47,748 nucleotides of DNA. Source: a candidate division CPR3 bacterium GWF2_35_18. Its GTDB lineage: Bacteria; Patescibacteriota; CPR3; GWF2-35-18. The DNA is taken from contig MESW01000010.1 in assembly GCA_001771135.1 (NCBI GenBank), positions 1-47,748 on the forward strand, written 5' to 3'. This document shows, piece by piece, positions 1 to 9,285 of the stretch (positions within the stretch are counted from its first letter, which is position 1; every line of letters starts with the position of its first letter). Under the pieces are notes generated by a model, which saw only the letters and a program-made list of their open reading frames with translations, was not told where the DNA came from and ran no database searches. The translations under genes and the position numbers were made by a program.

Positions 1-137
1 TGGGAACCTCTAACGTTCAAGAGCTTCCAGATACCGGTGTCTCTATCATAATTATTCTTTTTCTTACCCTAATTACTTTCTGGTTAGCAGTGAACTTCCG
101 CGTGATTGAAAGATTACAAAAATATTTGAGAAGGTAA
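1..137 (+). CDS. 3' end of a gene truncated at the window edge; LPXTG-type sorting signal
   Basis: Not in the ORF track. Frame 3 reads GTSNVQE-LPDTG-VSIIIILFLTLITFWLAVNF-RVIERLQKYLRR-stop (TAA 135-137): LPXTG, hydrophobic segment, basic tail. Confidence 0.8.
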   Translation, partial: GTSNVQELPDTGVSIIIILFLTLITFWLAVNFRVIERLQKYLRR

Positions 138-141
138 ATGC

Positions 142-567
142 ATGAAAAAAATTGGTAAAAACAAACAAAGTTTTGATCTTTATGAATTGACTGAATCCGA
201 GTGCAAAAATCTATTTGCAAAACAGCAAGCATGTTTAAAAAACACCTATCCACATAAGGGAAAAGGCGGATACTCTTCAGCGGTGATGACTGTTTTGGGA
301 CATATTTACGAAGGAGCTTCTTATGAATCTGACACTCAAAGTTTGACCATGCATGGAGAAGCTGTAGCTTTTACTCATGCGAATCTACACGGTGAATCAG
401 AAGTGATCGCCATTACTGGTCCAAATTGTCATATCTGTAAACAGCTTATTTGGGAAAGTTCTTTGCGTTCGAAGATTGATATTATTGTGGTGATTAGAGA
501 AGAAGGAAAAATCAAGCAGATTCCAATTTCAGATTTAATGCCATATCCTTGGCCAGAGATAAAATAG
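142..567 (+). CDS. Cytidine deaminase-like zinc-dependent deaminase
   Basis: HGE...PNCHIC Zn motif (HxE...CxxC) and a C-terminal SDLMPYPW resembling the Cdd xLLPxxF tail. Confidence 0.75.
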   Translation: MKKIGKNKQSFDLYELTESECKNLFAKQQACLKNTYPHKGKGGYSSAVMTVLGHIYEGASYESDTQSLTMHGEAVAFTHANLHGESEVIAITGPNCHICKQLIWESSLRSKIDIIVVIREEGKIKQIPISDLMPYPWPEIK

Positions 568-571
568 ATTT

Positions 572-1738
572 TTAGATTCTTTCGGGAAGACTTTGATAGA
601 GAGAGAGGTATTTCTTGATAATTTTATTCCAGGTATAATTTTTACTAGTTTTAACGCCACTGCTGGCTATCCGCTTTCTTTCTTTTTCATTCTGAAGTAA
701 GTAAACAATCTTTTTCGTGAGATCGTTAACATCTCCTTTTGTAAACAATAAACCATTTTTCCCATTAACAATAAAAGTTTTCAGTCCGCCGACGTTTGAC
801 GCAATTATCGGAGTACCACAAGACATGGATTCCATGGCCACGAGTCCAAAAGTCTCATGGTGTGAAGGCATGATGGTAATGTCAGCACTATTGTAATAAT
901 AGTGTAGGTCTTGATGCGGTTGAGCTTCACGCATAATGATCTTATTTTCCAATCCACAAGACTTTATGAGTTTCTGCATTTCTAAATAATAGGAATCGAG
1001 TTTGTCTCCACCGGTAATAATAAGTTTAAGATTTGGAATGACATCTGAAAGTTGACACAGAGCTTTGATCAAAATAGGGAGACCTTTGATTGGATCCATA
1101 CGACCGACAAAAAGAAGATATTTGTCGTTGGATGAGAGTCTGAGTTTCTGTAAAGATTCTTTTTTGGTGCAGTCGTAAAAATTATTAAAACAGATTCCCG
1201 GAGGAATAATCTCAATTTTTTGGGGATTGGAATGATAATAATGGATCAAGTCATCTTTTTCATGGCTGGTATTAGCAATAATTTTATCCGCTTTTTCCAC
1301 AATTTTTTGTTCATAAGAGACACGTTTTTTGTCCTCAATATAATCTTTCATATAGTATCTTTTAATCTTTTCTAAAGTCCAAAAAGATTGGACTAAGGGT
1401 ATCTGAAGCTGTTTTTTGACTTCAATACCGACAATTCCGGAAAGATAATAAAAAGCGTGAATAAAATCATACGATTTATTATTAGTAATTTCCTTAGCAA
1501 ATTTTTGGGGATTTTTCACAATTTCATCTCGACTAATGGGAAGTTCAAAAAGATTTAAGTTGTTCTGATTTTTTTGATAGGGAAGATTTTCTTTTTGACT
1601 GCTGGTATAAATATCAATTTTATAATAAGAAGGAAGATGGGTTACGAGGTTAAATAAATTTACCTGTCCGCCTCCAGCATGACTTTTACCAAAGAAGGAA
1701 AATGGTGAAATGGGTAGTGCAATGACTGCAATTTTCAT
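572..1738 (-). CDS. GT4 (GT-B) glycosyltransferase, MshA-like
   Basis: AGGGQVN, HAFYYLSG, VGRMDPIKG, and ETFGLVAMESMSCGTP (Ex7E motif). Confidence 0.9.
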   Translation of the reverse strand: MKIAVIALPISPFSFFGKSHAGGGQVNLFNLVTHLPSYYKIDIYTSSQKENLPYQKNQNNLNLFELPISRDEIVKNPQKFAKEITNNKSYDFIHAFYYLSGIVGIEVKKQLQIPLVQSFWTLEKIKRYYMKDYIEDKKRVSYEQKIVEKADKIIANTSHEKDDLIHYYHSNPQKIEIIPPGICFNNFYDCTKKESLQKLRLSSNDKYLLFVGRMDPIKGLPILIKALCQLSDVIPNLKLIITGGDKLDSYYLEMQKLIKSCGLENKIIMREAQPHQDLHYYYNSADITIMPSHHETFGLVAMESMSCGTPIIASNVGGLKTFIVNGKNGLLFTKGDVNDLTKKIVYLLQNEKERKRIASSGVKTSKNYTWNKIIKKYLSLYQSLPERI

Positions 1739-1747
1739 AGTTTCATT

Positions 1748-1776
1748 ATTTTAACCTAACTTATATTTTTTCACAA
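1748..1776 (-). promoter_or_regulatory. Putative sigma70 promoter of the GT4 gene (near-leaderless)
   Basis: Minus strand TTGTGA-17nt-TAAAAT, 9 nt upstream of the ATG; no SD. Confidence 0.5.
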
Positions 1777-1779
1777 ACT

Positions 1780-2901
1780 TCAGATTTGAGTAAGAAAATA
1801 AATATTAAGGCACGTTGAAATTATCATTATGGGGATAAGTGTCCACAGAATTTTTTGATGTTTTTTTGCCACTTTTTCCAAAACTCCTCCAGACAATATT
1901 GCTATAAATGGATAAAGAGGAAGAAGATACCATGAGAGTTTTGTTTGGGTAAGGGTAATAATTGAAAAAAATAAACAGATTATTAGAAGTAAAAACTGCA
2001 TAGATTTTTCTTGCAACAAGTTTTTTTCCATAAATAGAAAGATTAAGGAAACGAAAAATAAGATAGCGGTCGAGAAAAAATAAGGCGAGAACATAATTTG
2101 AAAATAAAACCAAAAAGGTTCTCCATGTCCTTCTAGAGGTGTTAATCCGCGGGCGAATAAATGATAGTGAAGGTATTCATTGATAAATTGAGAGTCGAAT
2201 TTCACATACATCATGAAGTGCCAGGGAATGATTGCAAGGGCAATTAAAACTAAAATAATTAGACTTTCTTTTTTCGGGAACGGTTTTTCTTTATTTATTA
2301 TTAGTAACAAAATTAGAGAGATAAAAGGGATTAAGCCCAGAGGTCCTTTTATAAGTATGGCTAAAGAAGAAGCTATAATCCCGAAATACGGTAAGGTCTT
2401 TCGCTGTTTGTAAAATTGATAAAAATCATAAAAAGCAACTAGCATAAAAAGAATCTGCAAAGAATCGGAATCAGCTGAACGAAAATTATGAGTGGCAAAA
2501 ATTCCCGCGGGATTACTAATAAATAGCTGTGTAACAGTTAGGAGAAAAAATCCGGAGATTAAACCAGCCTTTGTTGAATATAGAGATTTTCCAATCAAGA
2601 AAACCAATAGAATTATCAGAAATCCGGAGAGAGCCGAGATAAAACGGAAGCCAAAATTATTGGCGCCAAGAATTTGAACACTTGCCATTGTCAAATAATA
2701 AAACAGAGGTGGTTTTTCAAAGAAGAATTTTCCTTCATATTTCAAAATCAAAGGATTTTCTAAATTCAGACTTTCAGTAACGACTTTAATATTTGTTCCT
2801 TCGTCCCAGCGTTGAATCTCAGGACTTCCTAGTTTGTAAAAACAAAAGAGAAGAGAAAGGATGATAAGGAGGATAAAAAGAAATTTTTCTAGAAGTGACA
2901 T
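1780..2901 (-). CDS. ArnT/PMT-like (GT-C) polyprenyl-sugar membrane glycosyltransferase
   Basis: WDEG, FEKPPL, LIKGP, EPFWFY and KLSWYLLPLYP motifs; multiple TM helices. Confidence 0.85.
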   Translation of the reverse strand: MSLLEKFLFILLIILSLLFCFYKLGSPEIQRWDEGTNIKVVTESLNLENPLILKYEGKFFFEKPPLFYYLTMASVQILGANNFGFRFISALSGFLIILLVFLIGKSLYSTKAGLISGFFLLTVTQLFISNPAGIFATHNFRSADSDSLQILFMLVAFYDFYQFYKQRKTLPYFGIIASSLAILIKGPLGLIPFISLILLLIINKEKPFPKKESLIILVLIALAIIPWHFMMYVKFDSQFINEYLHYHLFARGLTPLEGHGEPFWFYFQIMFSPYFFSTAILFFVSLIFLFMEKNLLQEKSMQFLLLIICLFFSIITLTQTKLSWYLLPLYPFIAILSGGVLEKVAKKHQKILWTLIPIMIISTCLNIYFLTQI

Positions 2902-2915
2902 TTTAGGAATATTAA

Positions 2916-4985
2916 TTAGTAAACGATCATGGCTGTTTTAAAATAACTCCAACGGTTATTGAAGGTATCTTTACTTAAAGAGATATCTCCACGCCAAGGA
3001 TCGTTGATTAAAATCCGATCAGGATTATCTTTGGTGCCAGTGAAACCTTTGACAATATAAGAGTGCATGCCGCTTACTGCATAGATGTACGTTCCGTCCG
3101 TAGCTGTCCAAGAGATATTAGTTGGAGTTGACCAGCCGTTTTGTCCCCAGACCATGACTGGATTTCCTTTTTCAACTTCTGAGAGTAGATCGGTCAAATT
3201 CCAATTGGTCATAATTTGATTACTGCGATATTTGGAAACTGCGGTTGAAATCGGTTCCCAATAAGTGCCGTAGTTTTCAACATAGCCTTTATGAGGATTA
3301 CCGCTACCTCGGGTTCCCACTATTCCAATTTCGTTTTTCAGAGTACTTTCGGAAACTGAAACTCCGCGATAGCTGAGCATCATTCTCGCCGCGGCAATAT
3401 TACAGGTATAAGATTCGGCCTGAGAATATAAGGGAACGTTCAGAGAAAAAATATTCGGACGGGTAGTAAACTGGTTTACATATTTATTTATTGAAGCAAG
3501 ACCATCAATACTTTCAATTCCTGCTTCAATAGTAACATTATAACTAGTACTGTAAGAGAGGCTGTTTTCCAAGGTAAAAATTAAGGTATTTCCATTCCAA
3601 GAGTAGGTGCCGGAGACAGCGGGAGAAATTTTGAATTTACTTTCAGCTGAAGCATGATTTACTTCCTCATTAAAAGTAATCAAGATTTGCGGATTCAAAT
3701 CAATATTCACAGCATGGAGACCGGGAGAGAAACTAATAACTTCAACTGGCCCGATAGTCTTAAATTGGTATTGGATATCGTTTTCGATAATTCCACCTTT
3801 TTTACTAGCAATTCCTTTTGTCAGAATAATTTGATATTCAGTGTCTTTGTTAAAGCTACTTTTAGGTTTGAAGGTTAACTTTTTTTCTTCTACAAAATTT
3901 ACCTCTCCTTCAATTTCGGGCGTGATTCTAAAATAGGAACTGAAATTATTTGTAGCAAGCTCTTCCCCAAATTCAATCAGAATTTCACGGTCAACTTTGA
4001 CCCCTGTTTCTTTATCACTTGGAGAAACGCTTTTTATAAGAGGGGCAGCGACGGTAGTAAAAGACAGTTTATAAATACTTTTTTCCTCACCCTTTTGAAT
4101 AATCTCACTGGTAACTAAATTGATTGAAACCGGAGTCTGAAAAACTTCCCACTGATAATTCGTATTTTGAGGCAGTTTTTGTTTAGGCTTTATAATGATC
4201 ATAGCGGTTCCATTTTTGATAATCTCAGTTTCAATTTCCGGATTGCTAACTACTTTGTACAAACAGTTATTCGAGTCATTTTTATTTAAATCAAGAACTA
4301 GGAATTGATCGGTTAGAATATCAGTGTCTTCATTTGTAATAGAACTCTCAGTTACTAAAGGAAGGGAGTCACTCTCAAACTCTAAATAGTGTTCGTTTCC
4401 CGGATCAGAAAAAAGGGGATTTGCAATATAAGAAACATAAATCATAACTTTTTGTTCCGGAAGAAAAGATTGTTGCGGAATAAATTCGATTTTTCTGGTA
4501 AAAGGAAGAAAACCAAAATATTTATAAATTTTCCACTCACCCAGAATTTCTGGATTCATGTGCGGATCGATTTTATCTGCATAAATAGGAGAATTAAAAA
4601 TGATGGTAATTGGTTTTCGAGAATCATTGTAAACACTCTTTGCTACGGCCGGTTTGATATTAACAAGGGTATAAAGTCCATATATTGAGAGTGGCAGAAT
4701 TAGTAAATTCAGAATGATAAAGGTGTAGGTTTTTGTAATCTTAATAAAGGAATAAACCGTATCTATTTTGTCTTTTGGGGGAGATTTTTTGGTGTTTGTC
4801 GGTGAAGAATTTGTAGAAGAGTATAGGGGAACGATTGCTTCCAGCGCTTTTTTGGCTGCTCTTTCATTTTTCTTTTTAATTATTTTGCGCGTGATAACAA
4901 AAATATCTACTGCGATAATAGTGATTGCGCAGAGTAATAAGAGACAAAACTGTATTTCAAAAAGATTGTCTGTAATTATTTCCAT
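2916..4985 (-). CDS. Membrane-anchored protein with Ig-like (SbsA/Big_5-type) repeats and a C-terminal C39-like cysteine peptidase domain
   Basis: Two N-terminal TM segments; repeated 'P..V..SP....V....I.I.F' Ig units; catalytic-type YSQ..CNIAA, GMHSYIVKG and INDPW (Q-C-H-D). Confidence 0.8.
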   Translation of the reverse strand: MEIITDNLFEIQFCLLLLCAITIIAVDIFVITRKIIKKKNERAAKKALEAIVPLYSSTNSSPTNTKKSPPKDKIDTVYSFIKITKTYTFIILNLLILPLSIYGLYTLVNIKPAVAKSVYNDSRKPITIIFNSPIYADKIDPHMNPEILGEWKIYKYFGFLPFTRKIEFIPQQSFLPEQKVMIYVSYIANPLFSDPGNEHYLEFESDSLPLVTESSITNEDTDILTDQFLVLDLNKNDSNNCLYKVVSNPEIETEIIKNGTAMIIIKPKQKLPQNTNYQWEVFQTPVSINLVTSEIIQKGEEKSIYKLSFTTVAAPLIKSVSPSDKETGVKVDREILIEFGEELATNNFSSYFRITPEIEGEVNFVEEKKLTFKPKSSFNKDTEYQIILTKGIASKKGGIIENDIQYQFKTIGPVEVISFSPGLHAVNIDLNPQILITFNEEVNHASAESKFKISPAVSGTYSWNGNTLIFTLENSLSYSTSYNVTIEAGIESIDGLASINKYVNQFTTRPNIFSLNVPLYSQAESYTCNIAAARMMLSYRGVSVSESTLKNEIGIVGTRGSGNPHKGYVENYGTYWEPISTAVSKYRSNQIMTNWNLTDLLSEVEKGNPVMVWGQNGWSTPTNISWTATDGTYIYAVSGMHSYIVKGFTGTKDNPDRILINDPWRGDISLSKDTFNNRWSYFKTAMIVY

Positions 4986-7885
4986 AGTTCGTAAATATCA
5001 TTCATGGTAACATAAAATACCGGTCCTTTATCTTCACTATACAAATGATCGTCAATACTGTTTAGAATAAGCTCCATTTTGGCTTCATCTTGAGATTCTT
5101 TGGATTGAAACCACTGCGGGTGAGATAAATAGACCACGGCTTTAGGGGTATCAATAATTGGGTGATCGTAATTTTGATAAAATCGATTTAACATATTTTC
5201 GCCGCTGTATGCCCATGAATCAGCTCCGTTATTGGGGATTTCCAAAATATTAAAGGTATTATTTGAAGTGATATTCTGATTATTTTTATCCGGATAAAAT
5301 GGTTGTGATAAAGAATTTAAATCCCAAGGACTAGTAAGAATTCCTCCCCAGAGATATTTTTCCCGACCAGAAGCATCGTATTTAAAACCTTGATTTTGTA
5401 GAACTTGTAAAACTTTTTCATCTGCAAACCAACCGCCAGCTCGATATCCACTCGGATTGGAAAATCCGTGAACTTGAAATTGTTTTATTGCCCAAGCGAT
5501 AATTTTCCCCAACTCTTCTTCTGTATAGCTAGTTGTTAAAACGTCGTAACCGTCAGTATTTTTTCCCCACTTTGATTCTTTCCGTACGCTAACTCCGGAG
5601 GCTTCAATTAGATCATAATGCATGTGCAGATGTAGTTGAACCTCATCACCATAAATTTCCTGTCTTTGTTTTACAAAAGAGGTTAGATAGTTAGCTCTTT
5701 CTGCTGAAACCACTGAAGGAAGATAAATCCGCGGATTAAAAAAGTGAGTGAGGGGGATATTATAATGTCGGTTTACTTGAGCCGTAATTGCGTCTAAATA
5801 GCTTTGATTGACATCGAAACCTTCCCAATCAAATGTCCAAGCTACGTAGACCGGAGCCGAAAGATAAAATTGCTGTTTGCTTCCAAGAGGTATGCTTTGT
5901 TCATTTTCACAAAAAATTGTATAGGTATTATAATTTATCTTTTGAAGATCAATAACAGCTTGATATTTTTGCGTTCCAATCTCTTGTAGCTTTTCTCGAA
6001 TGCCAGCCTCAGGAATTTGATAATAGAGATCTTCGGTTTCATTACTTCTAACTTCTACAGTAAAGATTAAAGAGGATAATCCGTATTTCTTTGGTGCGTT
6101 TTTGGTATACCACTGTCGATCGATTGTGGTTAGATATTTTTGATGATAGCTATCTGCGAGGATAATTTTATAATTGGAGATGTTATCTGATTGATTATTA
6201 AAATTATTCTTAGCAATAGGGAAATCGGTTCCATAATAGAGGAAATAACGGTTATCGTTTTTTAAGGGATAAATTTTTTCTTTCAGATTAAAAGTAATTG
6301 TGGTATTTGTCGTTCCCGAATTTTCAATTTTAAAAGGTATTTGGAAGTAGTGGTTATCTAGAAAGTAAACAAGGAGAAGATCTGTACCGTTTTCCTTTGA
6401 TTGTTCTTTTTCGACCATTTCCTGATGATTAAAAGTTAAGGCAATGGAAGTGCTATCATTGATAGCGACAATCGAAGAGATGTTTTGAACATCCAGTTGT
6501 TTAAAGTAATTGTAATTCTGATTAAACCAGGGTAACTCTCCGTTATCGATTATTTCCAAAGTAACAGAAGGAAGTGGTTCAATATTTCTCTGGAAGATAC
6601 GGCTAGGATCAATGGTGCTTCCAAATAGTGTTCCTTTACCGTAATTCAGATTCCAAATAACAATACCAATGAGAGTAAAAGCGAGAATGAAGTGTCTTTT
6701 TTTGGGGCGATATTTTCCTTTTCCGGAAGGATTTAACCGTGGGAGTCTAAAGATTGACGGCGAAATTTTCCAATTTAAAGAGGAGATAAATGCCGAGAGA
6801 ATAAAAAGAACAAATAATAAAAGAGTTACGGTTATTGGACTTGTGAACTGTCTTCCACCCAAATTTTGATATAAGAAGAGTAGTAGTAAATGGACGATAA
6901 AAAGATCGAAGGCGTCCCGACCAAAATAATTCATCACTTCCCAAAAAAGATCAAAGGGTTTAATTTTTTTGGTATTGTCATAGATAAGATAAAGCAAAAA
7001 AACACTAACAACACCTAAAGCTAAAAAGTTTATCGAAGGTGGCCAACGGTGAAGAGGTTCGAGCAGTGGTAGATAATATTGGTTACTGATAAACGAGGCG
7101 AAGATAATAAAAATTGTTAAAATAATCCCCGCTTTGAGTTCCAATGATTCGCGTATTGACAAGGAGGTTGTATGAAAAAGATATCTACCCCAATAAATTC
7201 CAAAAAGAAAAACCGGAAGATATTGAAATAGGGGGAAATAAAGAAGGCTAGCGTCTCCCACAAAAAGAGCCTTGATTTCCTTATACGGAGAAGGAATATT
7301 TAAAGTATATAAAAGCATTCCTAAAAAATAGAAAATGATAGAGATAACTGCTGTGAGCAATAAACTGGAAGAAAGTTTTCGATAAATTTTTCGCAAGACG
7401 ATGCTGGAGAAGCTGAGGAAAATAAACGGAAACAAAAATTCGGTAAAATTGGGAACGTCTTGAAAAATAAAGATAGCAGTAATTTTCCGTAGATCAATAG
7501 GATAGATACTAAATATATTAGCTCTAACGACAAAAGCTAGGATATAAAATCCAATAAGAAGGTAAAATGTTCGGGAAAAAAACTTTTTAGTTTTTTCTTT
7601 TAAAACAGTATTATTTTGAAGATATCCATAATACAATGAAGCGCCAGAGACAAATAGAAACATGGTAAAACAGATAATATTTCCGGTGCGGGCGATTGTG
7701 GTTAGAATTAGATTAGAACTATCATGAAAGAAGAAGATTCCGTGAGCTAAAATCATGAAGATTACTGAAATACCACGGATAAAGTCTAGAGAATCTTCTC
7801 GTTTAATATTAAGGCTTTGTTGATTATGACTTTCGTTCATCCGAAATAATTTATTTTCTATAGTGAACTCAAAACAAAATGACAT
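4976..7885 (-). CDS. Fusion: membrane acyltransferase (DUF1624/OpgC/HGSNAT-like) + DUF2341-like domain + polysaccharide deacetylase (NodB/CE4-like)
   Basis: N-term SLDFIRGISVIFMILAH and about 10 TMs; middle WFNQNYNYFKQL...NGTDLLLVY...YFLYYG; C-term WTFDWEG, EVQLHLH, GYRAGGW, FKYDAS, YLSHP. The start could be the downstream ATG (MNESH, 7840). Confidence 0.7.
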   Translation of the reverse strand: MSFCFEFTIENKLFRMNESHNQQSLNIKREDSLDFIRGISVIFMILAHGIFFFHDSSNLILTTIARTGNIICFTMFLFVSGASLYYGYLQNNTVLKEKTKKFFSRTFYLLIGFYILAFVVRANIFSIYPIDLRKITAIFIFQDVPNFTEFLFPFIFLSFSSIVLRKIYRKLSSSLLLTAVISIIFYFLGMLLYTLNIPSPYKEIKALFVGDASLLYFPLFQYLPVFLFGIYWGRYLFHTTSLSIRESLELKAGIILTIFIIFASFISNQYYLPLLEPLHRWPPSINFLALGVVSVFLLYLIYDNTKKIKPFDLFWEVMNYFGRDAFDLFIVHLLLLFLYQNLGGRQFTSPITVTLLLFVLFILSAFISSLNWKISPSIFRLPRLNPSGKGKYRPKKRHFILAFTLIGIVIWNLNYGKGTLFGSTIDPSRIFQRNIEPLPSVTLEIIDNGELPWFNQNYNYFKQLDVQNISSIVAINDSTSIALTFNHQEMVEKEQSKENGTDLLLVYFLDNHYFQIPFKIENSGTTNTTITFNLKEKIYPLKNDNRYFLYYGTDFPIAKNNFNNQSDNISNYKIILADSYHQKYLTTIDRQWYTKNAPKKYGLSSLIFTVEVRSNETEDLYYQIPEAGIREKLQEIGTQKYQAVIDLQKINYNTYTIFCENEQSIPLGSKQQFYLSAPVYVAWTFDWEGFDVNQSYLDAITAQVNRHYNIPLTHFFNPRIYLPSVVSAERANYLTSFVKQRQEIYGDEVQLHLHMHYDLIEASGVSVRKESKWGKNTDGYDVLTTSYTEEELGKIIAWAIKQFQVHGFSNPSGYRAGGWFADEKVLQVLQNQGFKYDASGREKYLWGGILTSPWDLNSLSQPFYPDKNNQNITSNNTFNILEIPNNGADSWAYSGENMLNRFYQNYDHPIIDTPKAVVYLSHPQWFQSKESQDEAKMELILNSIDDHLYSEDKGPVFYVTMNDIYELWK

Positions 7886-8048
7886 TTCCTTTTGAGTTCA
7901 TTTATAACGATTTTCAATTATTAAATCTGACACTCTGTTTTGGAATCGCTATATATTAGAATACCAATTATGGATTATTTTGTACATTCACATAAATTAA
8001 TTACCTGTTTTAATGATAGCTTAAATTTGAAAATCGTACATTTTACTC

Positions 8049-8076
8049 TTGACAAGTATTAGCAGACAGATATAAT
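8049..8076 (+). promoter_or_regulatory. sigma70 promoter of the hrcA operon
   Basis: TTGACA (8049-8054)-16nt-TATAAT (8071-8076). Confidence 0.8.
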
Positions 8077-8085
8077 AAGTGCTAG
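8059..8085. promoter_or_regulatory. CIRCE-like operator (HrcA binding site)
   Basis: TTAGCAGAC-N9-AAGTGCTAG versus consensus TTAGCACTC-N9-GAGTGCTAA; directly upstream of hrcA, enclosing the -10 box. Confidence 0.85.
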
Positions 8086-8137
8086 TAAGATTTCTAGTTT
8101 TTTAATAGCTTGGAAATCACACTAAAGGAGGCTTTAT

Positions 8138-8866
8138 ATGCCAGATCTTTCGGAAAGACAAGCAAAACTGCTTCAGGTAATTATTGATGAATATGTGGCT
8201 ACGGCCGAACCGGTTGGTTCAGAAACAATTGTTAAAAAATTTGATCTTGGAGTTTCTCCCGCTACTATTCGTAACGATATGGTTAGACTGGCAGAAGAAG
8301 GATATTTAGAAAAATCATACTCTTCATCTGGTCGTGTGCCGACTCCGCTTGGTTTTCGTTTTTACATCAAAACTTTGATGGCTGAGAAAAAATTACCAGT
8401 AGCTTCCGAAGTCGCTCTACGTCAAAGACTTTATGAAAAGAGATTTAAAGAAGAAGATTTTCTACGCGATGCGGTTTCGGCGCTAGCCACTGAAACCAAT
8501 AAAATGGCGATGGGAAGTATTGAAAACGGGCCTTTTTATTATGCTGGAATTGCGAATATTTTAGATGCGCCTGAGTTTTTTGACATCGATCTAACCAAAA
8601 CTGTTTTGGGTTTACTTGATCAACAGGAATATTTATGGAATATGCTATCAAAAGTAGTTTCTGATGAACCGGTGACTGTCCTTATTGGTGACGAATCAGG
8701 GATGCAGATGATGAGACCTTGTTCGATTGTTTTTTCGAAATATCAGCTTGGAAATAGAGAAGGTTATGTCGGAATTTTGGGACCAGCCCGAATGAAATAT
8801 CCTCAAGTGGTTCCAACCGTGCGTTATATCCGTAATCTAATTGAGGAACTTTTGGGAAATTGGTGA
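8138..8866 (+). CDS. hrcA: Heat-inducible transcription repressor HrcA (short form)
   Basis: EPVGS...VSPATIRNDM..L...GY...SSGRVPT..G.RFY and GILGPARMKY; SD AAGGAGG. Confidence 0.95.
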   Translation: MPDLSERQAKLLQVIIDEYVATAEPVGSETIVKKFDLGVSPATIRNDMVRLAEEGYLEKSYSSSGRVPTPLGFRFYIKTLMAEKKLPVASEVALRQRLYEKRFKEEDFLRDAVSALATETNKMAMGSIENGPFYYAGIANILDAPEFFDIDLTKTVLGLLDQQEYLWNMLSKVVSDEPVTVLIGDESGMQMMRPCSIVFSKYQLGNREGYVGILGPARMKYPQVVPTVRYIRNLIEELLGNW

Positions 8867-8872
8867 GCTTAA

Positions 8873-9259
8873 ATGATCATGGCAGTAAAAAATACTACTC
8901 GAAATCAAGAAGCCCCATCAAAAAGATTAATGATTGCACTTAATATAATTAAGGTAATTGTAGTTCTTATTTTGGCAGGAACAATTACCTATTTGTCTGA
9001 TAATTTTCACAACTTTGAAATGGTGGACAAAGACGTAGAATATGGAATTTGGCATGGTTTTCCACTTTCATTTTATTTTGAAGGGTATCATATAAATTGG
9101 GGAAATTATCCGGAAACGCCAATTGCAGATTGGGTGAATATTAGGCGATATAATTATGTAAACATGGCAATAGATTTTATCATTTATGCAATTTTTATCG
9201 GGGGAATACTGTATTTAATTGAGAAAGGTTTGAAAAAACTTTTGAAAATTACTTGGTAG
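8873..9259 (+). CDS. Small two-TM hypothetical protein inserted in the chaperone operon
   Basis: Two hydrophobic helices flanking a loop with HGFPLSFY. Confidence 0.7.
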   Translation: MIMAVKNTTRNQEAPSKRLMIALNIIKVIVVLILAGTITYLSDNFHNFEMVDKDVEYGIWHGFPLSFYFEGYHINWGNYPETPIADWVNIRRYNYVNMAIDFIIYAIFIGGILYLIEKGLKKLLKITW

Positions 9260-9285
9260 CATTTAATTTTAAAACAAAAATAATC

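Noticed and set aside
572-1738. Mycothiol biosynthesis (mshA)
   Set aside because: MshA-like GT4s are widespread and no other msh genes are present in the window.
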